The notes beneath the pieces are model-generated. The model was given only the letters and a program-made list of their open reading frames with translations, searched no databases and was not told the origin of the DNA. Below, piece by piece: positions 23,273 through 34,692 of a stretch of 38,188 nucleotides of DNA. The position numbers and the translations under genes were made by a program. The number at the start of each line of letters is the position of its first letter. Position 1 is the stretch's first letter. The DNA lies in NCBI RefSeq assembly GCF_001194135.2, contig NC_069007.1:12537709-12575896 (forward strand), read 5' to 3'. The stretch is from Octopus bimaculoides. Taxonomy: Eukaryota.

Positions 23273-24235
23273 ATCAGCAAGTGTGTGTGTGTGTGTGTAC
23301 ACATAATATACACATGTATAGACACACACATATACAATTGAAAACTACAACAGGAAGAAATTAAAGAGAAGATGGTGTATTTAGCCATTGGTCAAGAGTT
23401 CAATTTTGTTGCAAGTCATTGTTATCTGAGTGTTTAAAAGGAATGTACACCTAATTCCATATTGTCTCGGAATTCTAACTCTCCTACGAAATATGGAAGA
23501 GAAAGTTTGATGAGAATTAGCTGTAATTAGCACCCTACTCTGTATGAGGATCTTTTTGTCTCATATTTATAACACCAAAAGCTGTAGTTTTAGTACGGCT
23601 GAAACTAAACTTCTAAGTTTCTACTATAAACCAAAGTGTAAATGTTTCTTTACTAAACTCCCCAATAAATTACTGATATGTGTATGGACTGTGTATACAT
23701 ACATACATACATATACACACGCATACACACATACACATGCATCAAAATCAATGTTTTACATATGCCTTCCATAGTTGCATAGGTTGGACAGTTTGTTGTG
23801 CTCTTAGATGAGTTCTCTTTCCTTTTGGCCTGGTTTCTATGGCTGGATGCCCTCGACATTTAAGTGCATCACAGGTCTGTTATCACTCTGCCTCATCCAG
23901 CCCATCCCTCTAAGAATCACTGCATTTACCCAGCCGACTGACATGGGCATGACAGGAACATATTTTGATGACACTTGGAAGGCTGTCATGCATTTGAGAA
24001 GCTTAAAGGGAAATCTCAACCTCACACTTAACACAATATATTGAGTGCATTTTATTCTGGAGCCCCATCCATCACAAGGGAGGAAAAGGATCAGAGAGTG
24101 ATGGATGGCAAGAAGTGATTAAAAGGCAAGAGTGGATCAGGAGTTTCAACACCAAGCAGCCAGGGAGGGTGTACAGGTAGAGTCCCTTAAATTTCTTTGG
24201 ATGGGTGAAAATGTTTGGTCTTACAGGTGAGCTAG

Positions 24236-24266
<31 letters not shown>

Positions 24267-24375
24267 NNNNNNNNNNNNNNNNNNNNNNNNNNNNNNNNNN
24301 NNNNNNNNNNNNNNNNNNNNNNNNNNNNNNNNNNNNNNNNNNNNNNNNNNNNNNNNNNNNNNNNNNNNNNNNTCT

Positions 24376-24605
24376 TTAACCCTTTCATTACTGTATTTAT
24401 TTTAAGATGCTCTTTGTTTCTTTCAATTAATTTTAGATATAACAAAGAATTTAGTAAAATAACTTCATTATCATTAAGCTAATGTTAGGAACATAAATTG
24501 TGACTAAGGTTTGGTGGAAGATTTTAATTCAGAACTTATGAAAACAAGACATTTGTACTACAGAGCCAGAGGCTGCTCCAGACAGGTTGGTATCAAAAGG
24601 GTTAA
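24376..24605 (+). mobile_element. piggyBac-type MITE (family I), copy 1
   Basis: TTAA-ccctttc ... aaaaggg-TTAA. Confidence 0.9.
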
Positions 24606-24628
24606 GAATTTTTTCTCTATTCTATATT

Positions 24629-24857
24629 TTAACCCTTCTGTTACCATATTTCTGTTGGGATGCTCTGTATTTCTTTCAATTAATTTTAAATATAACAAAG
24701 AATTTAGTAAAATAACTTAGTTATCATTCAGCTAGTGTTAGGAACATAAGTTGTGACTAAGGTTTGTGGAAGATTTTAATTCAAAGCTTATGAAAACAAG
24801 ACATTTGTACTACAGAGCCAGAGCCAGTTTGAGCTGGGTTGGTAACGAAAGGGTTAA
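24629..24857 (+). mobile_element. piggyBac-type MITE (family I), copy 2
   Basis: TTAA-cccttctgttacc ... ggtaacgaaaggg-TTAA. Co-linear with copy 1, 23 bp downstream. Confidence 0.92.
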
Positions 24858-25000
24858 AGAAAGGAACCAGTCACATAACAATCCAAACTATGTTGCCTGA
24901 AGGTAAGATGGATGGATGGTCATAGTTTGAATGCTATTGATCAGAGGCCTACTTAATCAGCACTGACGTGAGGTTAAACAGCAACAACTACATCATCTAT

Positions 25001-25312
25001 AGTGAGGTTAAGAAACTTGCTTCACAACAATATGGGTTTGATTTCAATCCCACTGTGGAGTAAGAGTCTTCTGTTCTAGCCCTGGGACAGCCAATTGCTT
25101 GTGAATGAATTCGGAAGGCAAAATCTGTGAGTGTATGTTTGTGTGGCACCCAAGACACAAAATTTACATCCCTATAACTTAGCAGTTCACCAAAAGAGAT
25201 CAGTGGAATAAATACCAGACTTAGAAATAACTACAGGGTACAATTTTTTTCAAATAAACCATCGAGACAGTGCTCCAGCATGGCTGCAGTTCAATGACTG
25301 ACACAAAAAAGG
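25001..25312 (+). mobile_element. Degenerate SINE family A
   Basis: aagaaacttgcttc...tttcaatcccactg...cctataacttagcagttc...gctccagcatggctgcagt. Confidence 0.75.
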
Positions 25313-25323
25313 AATATTTCATT

Positions 25324-25543
25324 CTTCTTTTCTACTCTTGACACAAGGCCCGAAATTCTTAGGGAGGGTGCCAGTCAATTAGATCAACTCCAGTACGCAA
25401 CTGGTACTTAATTTATCGATCCTGAAAGGATGAAAGGCAAAGTCGACCTTGGTAGAATTTGAACTCAGAATGTAAAGACAGACAAAATACCGCTAAGCAT
25501 TTCGCCCAGCGTGCTAACATTTCTGCCAGCGCACCACTTTAGA
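25324..25543 (-). mobile_element. SINE family B, full length with TSD
   Basis: Reverse complement of the 4687 copy. An 11-bp direct repeat aatatttcatt lies at 25313-25323 and 25544-25554. Confidence 0.9.
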
Positions 25544-25887
25544 AATATTTCATTATTGTTTTGCATCTTGATTGATTCAGTTTTTAATTTATGTAGATCA
25601 GCCTGAGTATACCTACAGTAGAGAATATGGTTATTCAAGGAACTCAGAGTACAAGTAAGGTACCAGCTAAATACACCAGACTTCCACACAGCTTACAAAA
25701 CTTCTTCATAGTTACTTTCTACCGTATTTTATTCCCAAGGCTTTAGTTAACCCAATGTGTGTTGTGTGCAGTTAAGCCCCAAAACCACACAGCTTGTCCA
25801 GTGTCTCAAAGTTAGGGTTAGGGTTGGATTTAAAGAAATATTTGGCAAGCCTAAATCAGTCAAGGATCAGAAACTGTAATTTTAGTG

Positions 25888-26107
25888 GAAGCACATGGCT
25901 TAGTGGTTAGGGTGTTGTAAGATTGTGGTTTCAATTCCTGGACCAGGCAGTACTATGAGCTCTTGGGCAAGACACTTCATTTCACATTACTCCAGTTCAC
26001 TCAGCTGGCTAAAATGAGTAATCTTGTAATGGACCGGTGTCTCCTCCAGGTGGGGAATCTAGGAAACCAATTCTATGAGTCTACATGACTTGGGAAAGAG
26101 CTTTATC
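25888..26107 (+). mobile_element. tRNA/CORE-like SINE (F/G-type head, different tail)
   Basis: gcacatggcttagtggttaggg...ttgggcaagacacttcatttcacattactccagttcactcagctgg. Confidence 0.8.
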
Positions 26108-26410
26108 TGTATCCAACTGTAGTTCTCCCCAGAGTAAACTCAGTTGTATTGTCATAATGGTGATTAGACATATGGCAAGGTCAAGTCAGTCCGGTAACAT
26201 TGACCAAAACTAATCAATATTAGTTGTAAATGGTTTTGTTTTGTTTTTTTGCTTTTTTGGTATCCAATGACAAATGTTCCTACAACAGATCTAACAAATG
26301 ACAATTGAAATGTCTCGGAGATTACTGGGTCTCCATTATTTATGATTGGCCATACATCTGCACCTGGATATCTTATCAGTGATTCCCTATTATCCTTGGA
26401 TAAGAGATAA

Positions 26411-27174
26411 TTAACTCGTTAGCATTCAGATTAGTCTATCAAATGTAATCCATTTGAGCACGATCGTTTCCAGCTTCGCCTTACTGGCACTTGTGCCAGT
26501 GGCATGTGAACAAAACATTGGATTGACTCCTGTGCAGGTGGCACGTAAAAGACACCATTTGAGCATGGCCATTGCCAGTACTGCTGGACTGGCCCTCGTG
26601 CCGGTGGCACCTAAAAAGCACCCGCTATACTCTCGGAGTGGTTGGTGTTAGGAAGGGCATCTAGCTGTAGAAACTCTGCCAAATCAGATTGGAGCCTGGT
26701 GTTGCCATCTGGTTTCCCCAGTCCCCAGTCAAATCATCCAACCCATGCTAGCATGGAAAGCGGACGTTAAACGATGATGATGATGATGATGATTTCTTCC
26801 CATTGTTTTGGATTTATCATGCATTATCTTGGAGCTTCAATATTTCAGTAACGTGACTGTTTATCTTTAGAATGGCATTGTAGGGTAGGTGTGAGAGGCC
26901 AGATCTGGTTGGTTTGAACATAAAACAGGGAGAGTATTTGGACTGGATATGCCCAGTTTGACCCTTTAGCATTCAGATTACTCCATCAAATGTAATCCTA
27001 ATTATTCACATTGTTTTCAGCTTATCCTGCATTATCTTGTAGCATCTGAATTTCAATGATGTGATTGTTTACTTTTAGAATGACATTGTAGGGTTAGTGC
27101 AAAAAGCCAGATCTAATGAAAAACAGATAAAATATTTGGGCTGGATATGGGTAGTTTAAATCCTGAAGGGTTAA
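26411..27174 (+). mobile_element. Head-to-tail dimer of piggyBac-type MITE H
   Basis: Unit 1 starts ttaactcgttagcattcaga. Unit 2 starts at 26958 with ttgaccctttagcattcaga and ends gaagggttaa. Confidence 0.85.
26456..26793 (+). mobile_element. RTE LINE 3'UTR inserted in MITE H
   Basis: gtgccggtggcac units, ggaagggcatctagctgtagaaac and a (GAT)n tail. The MITE sequence resumes after the tail. Confidence 0.88.
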
Positions 27175-27530
27175 CACCTGTGGTCTCAGACCACATAGCT
27201 GTTAAAAGGTAACAACAATACAGATTGGTACATTTCTCATCACTTTACTAACAAGATGCATATGTTATCAAAGGAATCTCCATAAAATAACACAGCCAAC
27301 TCCCTCATGCTTTGCATTCTATTGTATTAAATAAAGAAGGATACATTGAATGATGTAGCCCAAGATGAACACAACCAGGAAAGGAAGATGAAATGGTCAC
27401 AGCTTGGATGTTTTTGATAATATATACAACCAAGAAGGGTGGGTGAGAAAGAGAGCATAAGAGAGAGTGCGTGAGAGAGAGTGCGTGAGAGAGAGAGAGT
27501 GTGTGTGTGTGTGTGTGAATGACAAATAAA

Positions 27531-27770
27531 GGCAGTAGGCTGGCAGAAGCGTTCGCATGCTGGGCGAAATGCCTAGTGGTATTTCATCTGCCGTTACGTT
27601 TTTAGTTAAAATTCCGCTGAGGTCGACTTTGCCTTTCATCCTTTCGAGGTCAATAAATTAAGTACCAGTTATGCACTGGGGTCGATGTAATCGGCTTAAT
27701 CCCTTTGTCTGTCCTTGTTTGTCCCCTCTATGTTTAGCCCCTTGTGGGCAATAAAGAAATAAGAAATAAA
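27531..27770 (+). mobile_element. SINE family B, full length (alternative tail)
   Basis: Head and B box as in other B copies; tail ...ccctttgtctgtccttgtttgtcccctctatgtttagccccttgtgggcaataaagaaataag. Confidence 0.92.
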
Positions 27771-28218
27771 GAGGTAGAGAAATCAATCCACCCCACCCAC
27801 CCACTCACCCAACACTATTATTGTAACTTTAACTATTATATCACCCCCACCAACACCCAAGCGTGTGTGTGTATGTGTGCGTGTACACACACACTATTAT
27901 TTGTTCACCAGTCATTGATCTGCAGCTTCACATTTCAATTAATCAGTGACCTTAGTGCTATTTTTAATTCTGGTGCTTATTTTATCAGTTTCTATTTGTT
28001 GAACCACTAAGTCACAGGACACAAACAAACAGCACCAACTGCTAAAAAAAAGCATAAACACAGACCATGGTACAAACACACACAAATGCACACACAGATG
28101 CACACACAGATGCACACACAGGTATTTGCTTGACTCCTTTAGATTATGCATACAACTGATTAGACATGTGTATATTTGTGCATTTATGCATATTCATGTG
28201 TGTGTGGAGGGGGGATCA

Positions 28219-28260
<42 letters not shown>

Positions 28261-28734
28261 TGTGTGTGAATGCTTACATTCTGTATGGATGAGCTATTAA
28301 TGATAATAGTTGTTGACAATTCTCTGCCATAAAAACTCCACTAGCTCTCACCTTCAAAGGTGAATGGAAAGCAAAATCTCTGACAGAAAAAGCATGTTAT
28401 GGTTAGCAACAGGAAGAGCATCCAACTGTAAAACAATACTTCAATGATATGTACTTCTCTAACCCATAATAGCATGGTGAAAATGGATGTAAAACAAATG
28501 AATGAATATCATCACCATTTTTACGTCCACTTTCCATGTGGCATGAATTGGACAGTTAGATAGGACCCAATGGGTCAAAGAATCACATCTTGATCCACCG
28601 TCTCAATTATGCACACGCTTAATTCAGCTAAGGAGGACAGGAAGAGATTATTAATATGTCAGGCAATTTTTACTTCACCGAGATGGCAAGATAGGAAAGA
28701 AGAGAGAAGAGAGAAGAAAGCAATTGTAAAGCAA

Positions 28735-29255
28735 ACACACACACACACACAAACACACACATTCAGTTGTCACTCACAGGAAAACACACACACACATACA
28801 CTCATTTAGACATCACTCACAGGAAAATACACACATACACATTCATCCAGTTGTCACTCACAGGAAAATACACACACTCATTTAGTCATCACTCACAGGA
28901 ATACAGTCATTTAGTCATCACTCATAAGAAAACACACACACACACTCATTTAGTTGTCACTTACAGGAAAACACACACACACCCGTTTAGTCATTACTCA
29001 CAGGAAAACACACACATTCATTTAGACATCATTTACAGGAAAACACACACATACACATTCATTCAGTTGTCACTCACAGGAAAATACACACTCAGTCATC
29101 ATTCACAGGAATACAGTCATTTAGTCATCACTCACAGGAAAACTCACACTCATTTAGTCATCACTCACAAGAAAACACAGTCATTTAGTCATCACTCACA
29201 GGAAAACACACACACATTTAGTTGTCACTTACAAGTATACACACACACACATACT
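28735..29255. repeat. AC-rich ~30-bp minisatellite with higher-order structure
   Basis: Monomer is approximately tcatttagtcatcactcacaggaaaacacacac. The variant order repeats with a ~216-bp period. Confidence 0.85.
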
Positions 29256-29560
29256 TATTTACTGGTTGCTGCTGGTCAAGTATGAACTGGTGACATACAC
29301 CATAACCTGACTCCTGTTTTAGGTGACCAATGTAGTACCTATTCACGCTCTCAACCCCTGATCCAAAAGTCAAAAGGAGAATGTGCTACACCTATCTAAT
29401 TCAGACATGGGAAAGTTTTTAAGCACAGCAGGCCACATGAGACATGACTCATCCTAAAAAATTCAAGGAAATTTTTCATTAGGCATGTCATTAATGAAGT
29501 TCGGTAGCCAACAGGTAGCCATGACTGACCTAACCCAGACATGGAAGGGAAAGTTATTGA

Positions 29561-29745
29561 AGTTTAGTTTAGTTTGGCCATCCTCTCAGACACTTCAGTG
29601 ATTTCACACGAGCACACCATCCATCATGGTCCTCCATACATGTTCTTAATTCATCGACATTAACCAATCCTCTGTCCTGAAGCAAGTTGCCCACATAGGT
29701 TTAGATGTTTTCTTCCCTGCTGATTCTTCTGTCAACTGAAGGAGT
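29561..29745 (-). mobile_element. Second RTE-like LINE family, ORF2 C-terminus and short repeat tail
   Basis: Minus strand reads ...TYVGNLLQDRGLVNVDELRTCMEDHDGWCARVKSLKCLRGWPN*, preceded by a frameshifted SRGRKH. This fits the RGR..TYVD.L..DTGL...EL...MED...W motif. It ends in (AAACT)3. Confidence 0.7.
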
Positions 29746-29765
29746 TATTTAAAGGTGGTCTTTAT

Positions 29766-29835
29766 CCATCTTGTCCCAGTACCATCTTGTCATAGTACCA
29801 TTGTGTCATAGCACCATCTTGTCCCAGTACCACTG
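29766..29835. repeat. 16-bp minisatellite
   Basis: About 4 copies of ccatcttgtc(c/a)(c/t)agta. Confidence 0.85.
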
Positions 29836-30174
29836 TGTGGGACAATAGTTTATACAAGTGTCAGTGCCATCTCGTGAGTCATAATACTGATGAAGGTGGC
29901 TTCTGTTGCTCAGCAATTGCTCGTTAGCTATCAAGTAAGGAAGGACTATTTGCAGCTAACCTCTTATATCCCTCTGTAGACTGCTCCACTCTCTGCTGCC
30001 ACATGCAGACGTGCCCAATAGCAGTACACCTCTACAAAGGGATACACACACCAGACAAACACACACAATATTAACCATACAATGTTGTAAGTTTATTGGT
30101 ATTTGGTGCATTTGTAATATGGGGTCTCCACTATTTTGAGGTTAGGGAAATTACATATATATATATATATAGAC

Positions 30175-30312
30175 GTTAGGAAGGGTATCCAGCTGTAGAA
30201 ACTCTGCCAGATCAGATTGGAGTCTGGTGTAGCCATCTGGTTCGCCAGTCCTCAGTCAAATCGTCCAACCCATGCTAGCATAGAAAGCGGACGTTAAACG
30301 ATGATGATGGTG
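30175..30312 (+). mobile_element. RTE LINE 3' tail
   Basis: Near-identical to 26647-26793; ends gttaaacgatgatgatg. Confidence 0.9.
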
Positions 30313-30329
30313 ATATATANNNNNNNNNN

Positions 30330-30370
<41 letters not shown>

Positions 30371-30581
30371 CCTGTCGTATATATGTATATAATTATATAT
30401 ATATTTTTATGTAAATAAGGATAAGATTGTTATTTAAAATACCAAACATATCAAGTGGCCAGCATGAGAATAAGAACCTTATAGGTATTAATTATTAAAA
30501 TTATAACTAAGGGTATCTAAGAGATACCACCATGCTAGAGATAGCAGTCAAAACTTGACTCTAAAACCACTTCTTTTACAA

Positions 30582-30610
<29 letters not shown>

Positions 30611-30613
<3 letters not shown>

Positions 30614-30775
30614 CCTACCACTACTTGACAACGAGTGTTGGTGTGTTTATGTCCCCCGTAACTTAGCAGTTCAGCAAAAGAAACTGATAGAATAAGTACC
30701 AGGCTTAAGGAAAACAAGTAATAAGGTTGATGGCTGCAGTCTAATGACTGAAATAAGTCAAGGATGAAAGATAAA
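30611..30775 (+). mobile_element. SINE family A 3' half
   Basis: cttgacaacgagtgttggtgtgtttatgtcccccgtaacttagcagttc...gcagtctaatgactgaaataag. Confidence 0.8.
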
Positions 30776-30976
30776 ATATATGTATATACGTATGTGCCAG
30801 TGTGTATATATAAGTATATATATATTCGTTATAATTTTGTAATTATAATAGTGTTTACAGGGTGATAATAAAAGAGTGCCGCTGCTTCACCCACAACTAA
30901 AAACATTTTAAAAAACACGTGTAGACACATACAGGTGTGTTTAAGTTACAAAGCCTGATGAAGAGCACATTCAGAC

Positions 30977-31025
<49 letters not shown>

Positions 31026-31228
31026 CATAAGTCGACTAAAAGTCCATAAGTCAGGAAAAAGATCCACTTGTATATCTGTCAATAGAGTGGGTGTATTAAC
31101 CACCAGTTACCTCTGATGAGCATAGGGTTATATAATCGGACTGTCACCTAACATTTCATTGTACCTCTAGTGTGAAACTGTTTGGTAAAATCAGCCATGG
31201 TGGATATATAATACTGTACACTTCGGAT

Positions 31229-31278
<50 letters not shown>

Positions 31279-32075
31279 CACATACAGATACACAAGACAG
31301 CAAAAATATGTAATAAAAATATCTTTAATAAAGTAATTATTCGTAATTCAGGTACAGGGCCAAGAGTTTTTGAAAAATAGTGGTTAAGTCGATCAACTCA
31401 AATCCACCTCTTGATTGGTCGTTAATTTTACTGACATCCTATCCTCTGCCTCCAATAAAAGTACACGAGTTGAGAGTAAAACTACTGCCAGTGATAGTTT
31501 TAGTAAAAGATGTAATTAAACAAAAGAAAATAAATGCAAAAAAGGACAGGAATAAAATCAATGCCAAAAACAAAAAAAAAAAAAAAGAACCAAAGTTTGT
31601 AACTTCACTAATACAATCCCAAAAACTTGGCACCTTCTCCAGTCAACACTGTTTCTATTCGGAAACAACATTCACATACATACTCTACACACACACACAC
31701 ACATATATATACAATTCACAATCTTTCATACACATTACAGAATTACTTTTTAATGCATATACATATATATATATATATATATATCATAAGATANNNNNNN
31801 NNNNNNNNNNNNNNNNNNNNNNNNNNNNNNNNNNNNNNNNNNNNNNNNNNNNNNNNNNNNNNNNNNNNNNNNNNNNNNNNNNNNNNNNNNNNNNNNNNNN
31901 NNNNNNNNNNNNNNNNNNNNNNNNNNNNNNNNNNNNNNNNNNNNNNNNNNNNNNNNNNNNNNNNNNNNNNNNNNNNNNNNNNNNNNNNNNNNNNNNNNNN
32001 NNNNNNNNNNNNNNNNNNNNNNNNNNNNNTATATATATATATATATATTATATTGAAAGAAAAAGGTTGTATTTG

Positions 32076-32397
32076 TTTATTAGCACTTTCCTCTCATTTA
32101 TGGAAATTCGTCAGATATAGAAAGTTTTACAAAAAGTTTCTTGCCTTTTATACAAATTGGAATGAGGATTTTTTTTTTATGTTTTGTTTTATTTATATGT
32201 GTGTTTCTGTCCTCCTTTCTGTCTTCCTCTCTTTCTTTCTCTCCTCTTTGCTTTCCTTTTCCTTTTTCTCTTTTTCTAGACACACATAGATAACAAATAA
32301 AAACATCCCCTTTCAGATTTGCATAAAAGGCAAAGAAATTTTCTGTAAAACTTATATCTGAGGAAGTCTCCATGAATGATACGAAAGTGCTAATAAA
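32076..32397. repeat. Long inverted repeat (~105-bp arms), possible fold-back MITE
   Basis: 32076-32180 pairs with 32297-32397 (roughly 80% by eye) around a CT-rich spacer. Confidence 0.85.
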
Positions 32398-32534
32398 GAA
32401 TTATCTAAATGTCTGACTCTTTTTACCAAAATTCTAACTCTTTTTTTCTAAACATATAAAATCTGTGCACCACTTCAAACAATTTATAGATATGCACACA
32501 CACATGTGCATGCGTGCATGCATGTGTCTGTGTG

Positions 32535-32830
32535 AAGACACATGGTGTAGTGGCTGGGTGTTGCATTTATGATCACTAAATTGTGGGTTTGGTTCCCAGG
32601 CTGGGCAGCACATTGTATTCTTAAGTAAAACACTTCATTTCCTGTTAGCCCAGTCCACTCAGCTGTAAATGGTTAGCCCTGAGACAGACTAGCCTTCTGA
32701 CCACTGGCAAAATGTTGGCCTGTTCACCCTATCAGCAGTGTAGGGTTATTCAGAAACTAAAGCAATACAAAGCGCATTGTGACTAGCAATGTATAACATC
32801 ATCTGGTAATTTGGTCGATCACATGATCAC
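32535..32830 (+). mobile_element. tRNA/CORE-like SINE (F/G-type head, fourth tail type)
   Basis: catggtgtagtggctggg...aaaacacttcatttcctgttagcccagtccactcagctgtaaatgg. Confidence 0.7.
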
Positions 32831-32867
32831 ACATATACACACATGCACAAACACACACACAAGCCTA

Positions 32868-33010
32868 AATTGGACCACTTCTTTCAAGTACCAGTTTGGG
32901 AAAGTTTCATTAAGAAACCCTCAAACATTCACTGCTATCCTAATAGGGTGGTGCACCATCTTGTTGGAAAATAACTGTTAGCTGCAAGTGATGCGACTGC
33001 AGTACAACAA
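32868..33010 (-). mobile_element. Tc1/mariner-superfamily transposase fragment
   Basis: Minus strand reads EFVVLQSHHLQLTVIFQQDGAPPY*, then frameshifted NV*GFLNETFPNW and RSGPI. This matches the FQQDGAPPH...VR.FLNETFP.RWIGR.GP motif around the second catalytic Asp. Confidence 0.88.
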
Positions 33011-33051
33011 ATTCTTACCTGAATTTTTTAAAATTGTAAACGTATTTATAT

Positions 33052-33220
33052 AGGTGCAGGTGTGGCTGTGTGGTAAGGAGCTTGCTTACCAACCACATGG
33101 TTCTAGGTTCAGTCCCACTGCATGGCACCTTGGGCAAGTGTCTTGTACTATAGCCTTGGGCCGACCAAAGCCTTGTGAGTGGATTTGGTAAATGAAAACT
33201 GAAAGAAGCCCGTGATATAT
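33052..33220 (+). mobile_element. SINE family A 5' half (cut by gap)
   Basis: ggtgcaggtgtggctgtgtggtaag...gggccgaccaaagccttgtgagtggatttgg. Confidence 0.92.
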
Positions 33221-33839
33221 NNNNNNNNNNNNNNNNNNNNNNNNNNNNNNNNNNNNNNNNNNNNNNNNNNNNNNNNNNNNNNNNNNNNNNNNNNNNNNNN
33301 NNNNNNNNNNNNNNNNNNNNNNNNNNNNNNNNNNNNNNNNNNNNNNNNNNNNNNNNNNNNNNNNNNNNNNNNNNNNNNNNNNNNNNNNNNNNNNNNNNNN
33401 NNNNNNNNNNNNNNNNNNNNNNNNNNNNNNNNNNNNNNNNNNNNNNNNNNNNNNNNNNNNNNNNNNNNNNNNNNNNNNNNNNNNNNNNNNNNNNNNNNNN
33501 NNNNNNNNNNNNNNNNNNNNNNNNNNNNNNNNNNNNNNNNNNNNNNNNNNNNNNNNNNNNNNNNNNNNNNNNNNNNNNNNNNNNNNNNNNNNNNNNNNNN
33601 NNNNNNNNNNNNNNNNNNNNNNNNNNNNNNNNNNNNNNNNNNNNNNNNNNNNNNNNNNNNNNNNNNNNNNNNNNNNNNNNNNNNNNNNNNNNNNNNNNNN
33701 NNNNNNNNNNNNNNNNNNNNNNNNNNNNNNNNNNNNNNNNNNNNNNNNNNNNNNNNNNNNNNNNNNNNNNNNNNNNNNNNNNNNNNNNNNNNNNNNNNNN
33801 NNNNNNNNNAAAAAGGTAAATAGATTATTTCTGGATGCC

Positions 33840-33871
<32 letters not shown>

Positions 33872-34498
33872 CACATGTTTTAGATAATCAATTCCAAATA
33901 CTGCACAAGCTTTCACAGGAAAGCCACACTAAATATCACAAGAACCCCACCACCACCACCACCACCACCACCACTCTATTACACCACTTCTAATTACAGG
34001 TAACAGAGACACCTTCCCACGGCACCAAAACACAACAAACGAGCTTTTGTGTCGTCACTTAACTTACTAAAAATAGCAACCAAAGCACACTCTGTGCTCT
34101 AGTGTTGTACTAGATACACTAAATATGAGCTGTTCACAGCTAGTATGTTTTCCATCATAATTACTCCAGCCATGACTATCCCACCTTTCCGTATATTTAT
34201 GACTTTATTGTCTAATATGTTCTTCAGTTTTATAAGAGGGTAGAATGTGGTTTGAGGGAGATTTGGATGCTATTTCCAGAAGGATGACTCACCATGTATA
34301 GGCTCCCTCATATATATGTAACTGACAAGTATATATCTCATCAGTGCCAGAGGTAGACAAAACAGATATGACACCTGGTGAGATTTGAACCCAGAATGTC
34401 AAAGGACAAAACTAAATACTGCAAACTATTTTAGCATAAGGATGAAGATGATTTCATAAAATGACCAAAGGCTGCATATACAATAATGATTATAGTTA

Positions 34499-34536
<38 letters not shown>

Positions 34537-34547
34537 GTAGTCCATTG

Positions 34548-34692
34548 TTATGTTCTGAGTTAAAATTCCACCAAAGTTGATTTTGCCTTTCACCCTTTTG
34601 GAATCAATAAATTAAGTACCAGAGAAACACTGGGGTTGATGTAATCGACTAGTTCCCTCCACCAAAAATTTCAGGCCTTGTGCCTTTAGTAT
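34548..34692 (+). mobile_element. SINE family B, 5'-truncated
   Basis: ttctgagttaaaattccaccaaagttgattttgcctttca...ctggggttgatgtaatcgact. A family I MITE left end (ttaacccttttgttacc) follows at 34702 and runs into the gap. Confidence 0.82.

Noticed and set aside
28767-29285. 172-aa His/Thr-rich ORF; CRISPR-like periodicity
   Set aside because: It is a degenerate minisatellite with no unique spacers or cas genes, in a eukaryotic context.
31380-31700. Lys-rich ORF start MVKSINSNPP...KKKKEPK
   Set aside because: It begins in a SINE B-like fragment and the Lys run comes from an A-rich tract.
33012-33035. AG|GTAAGA on the minus strand resembling a recursive splice site
   Set aside because: The upstream tract is A-rich rather than polypyrimidine, and the site sits at the edge of the transposase fragment.
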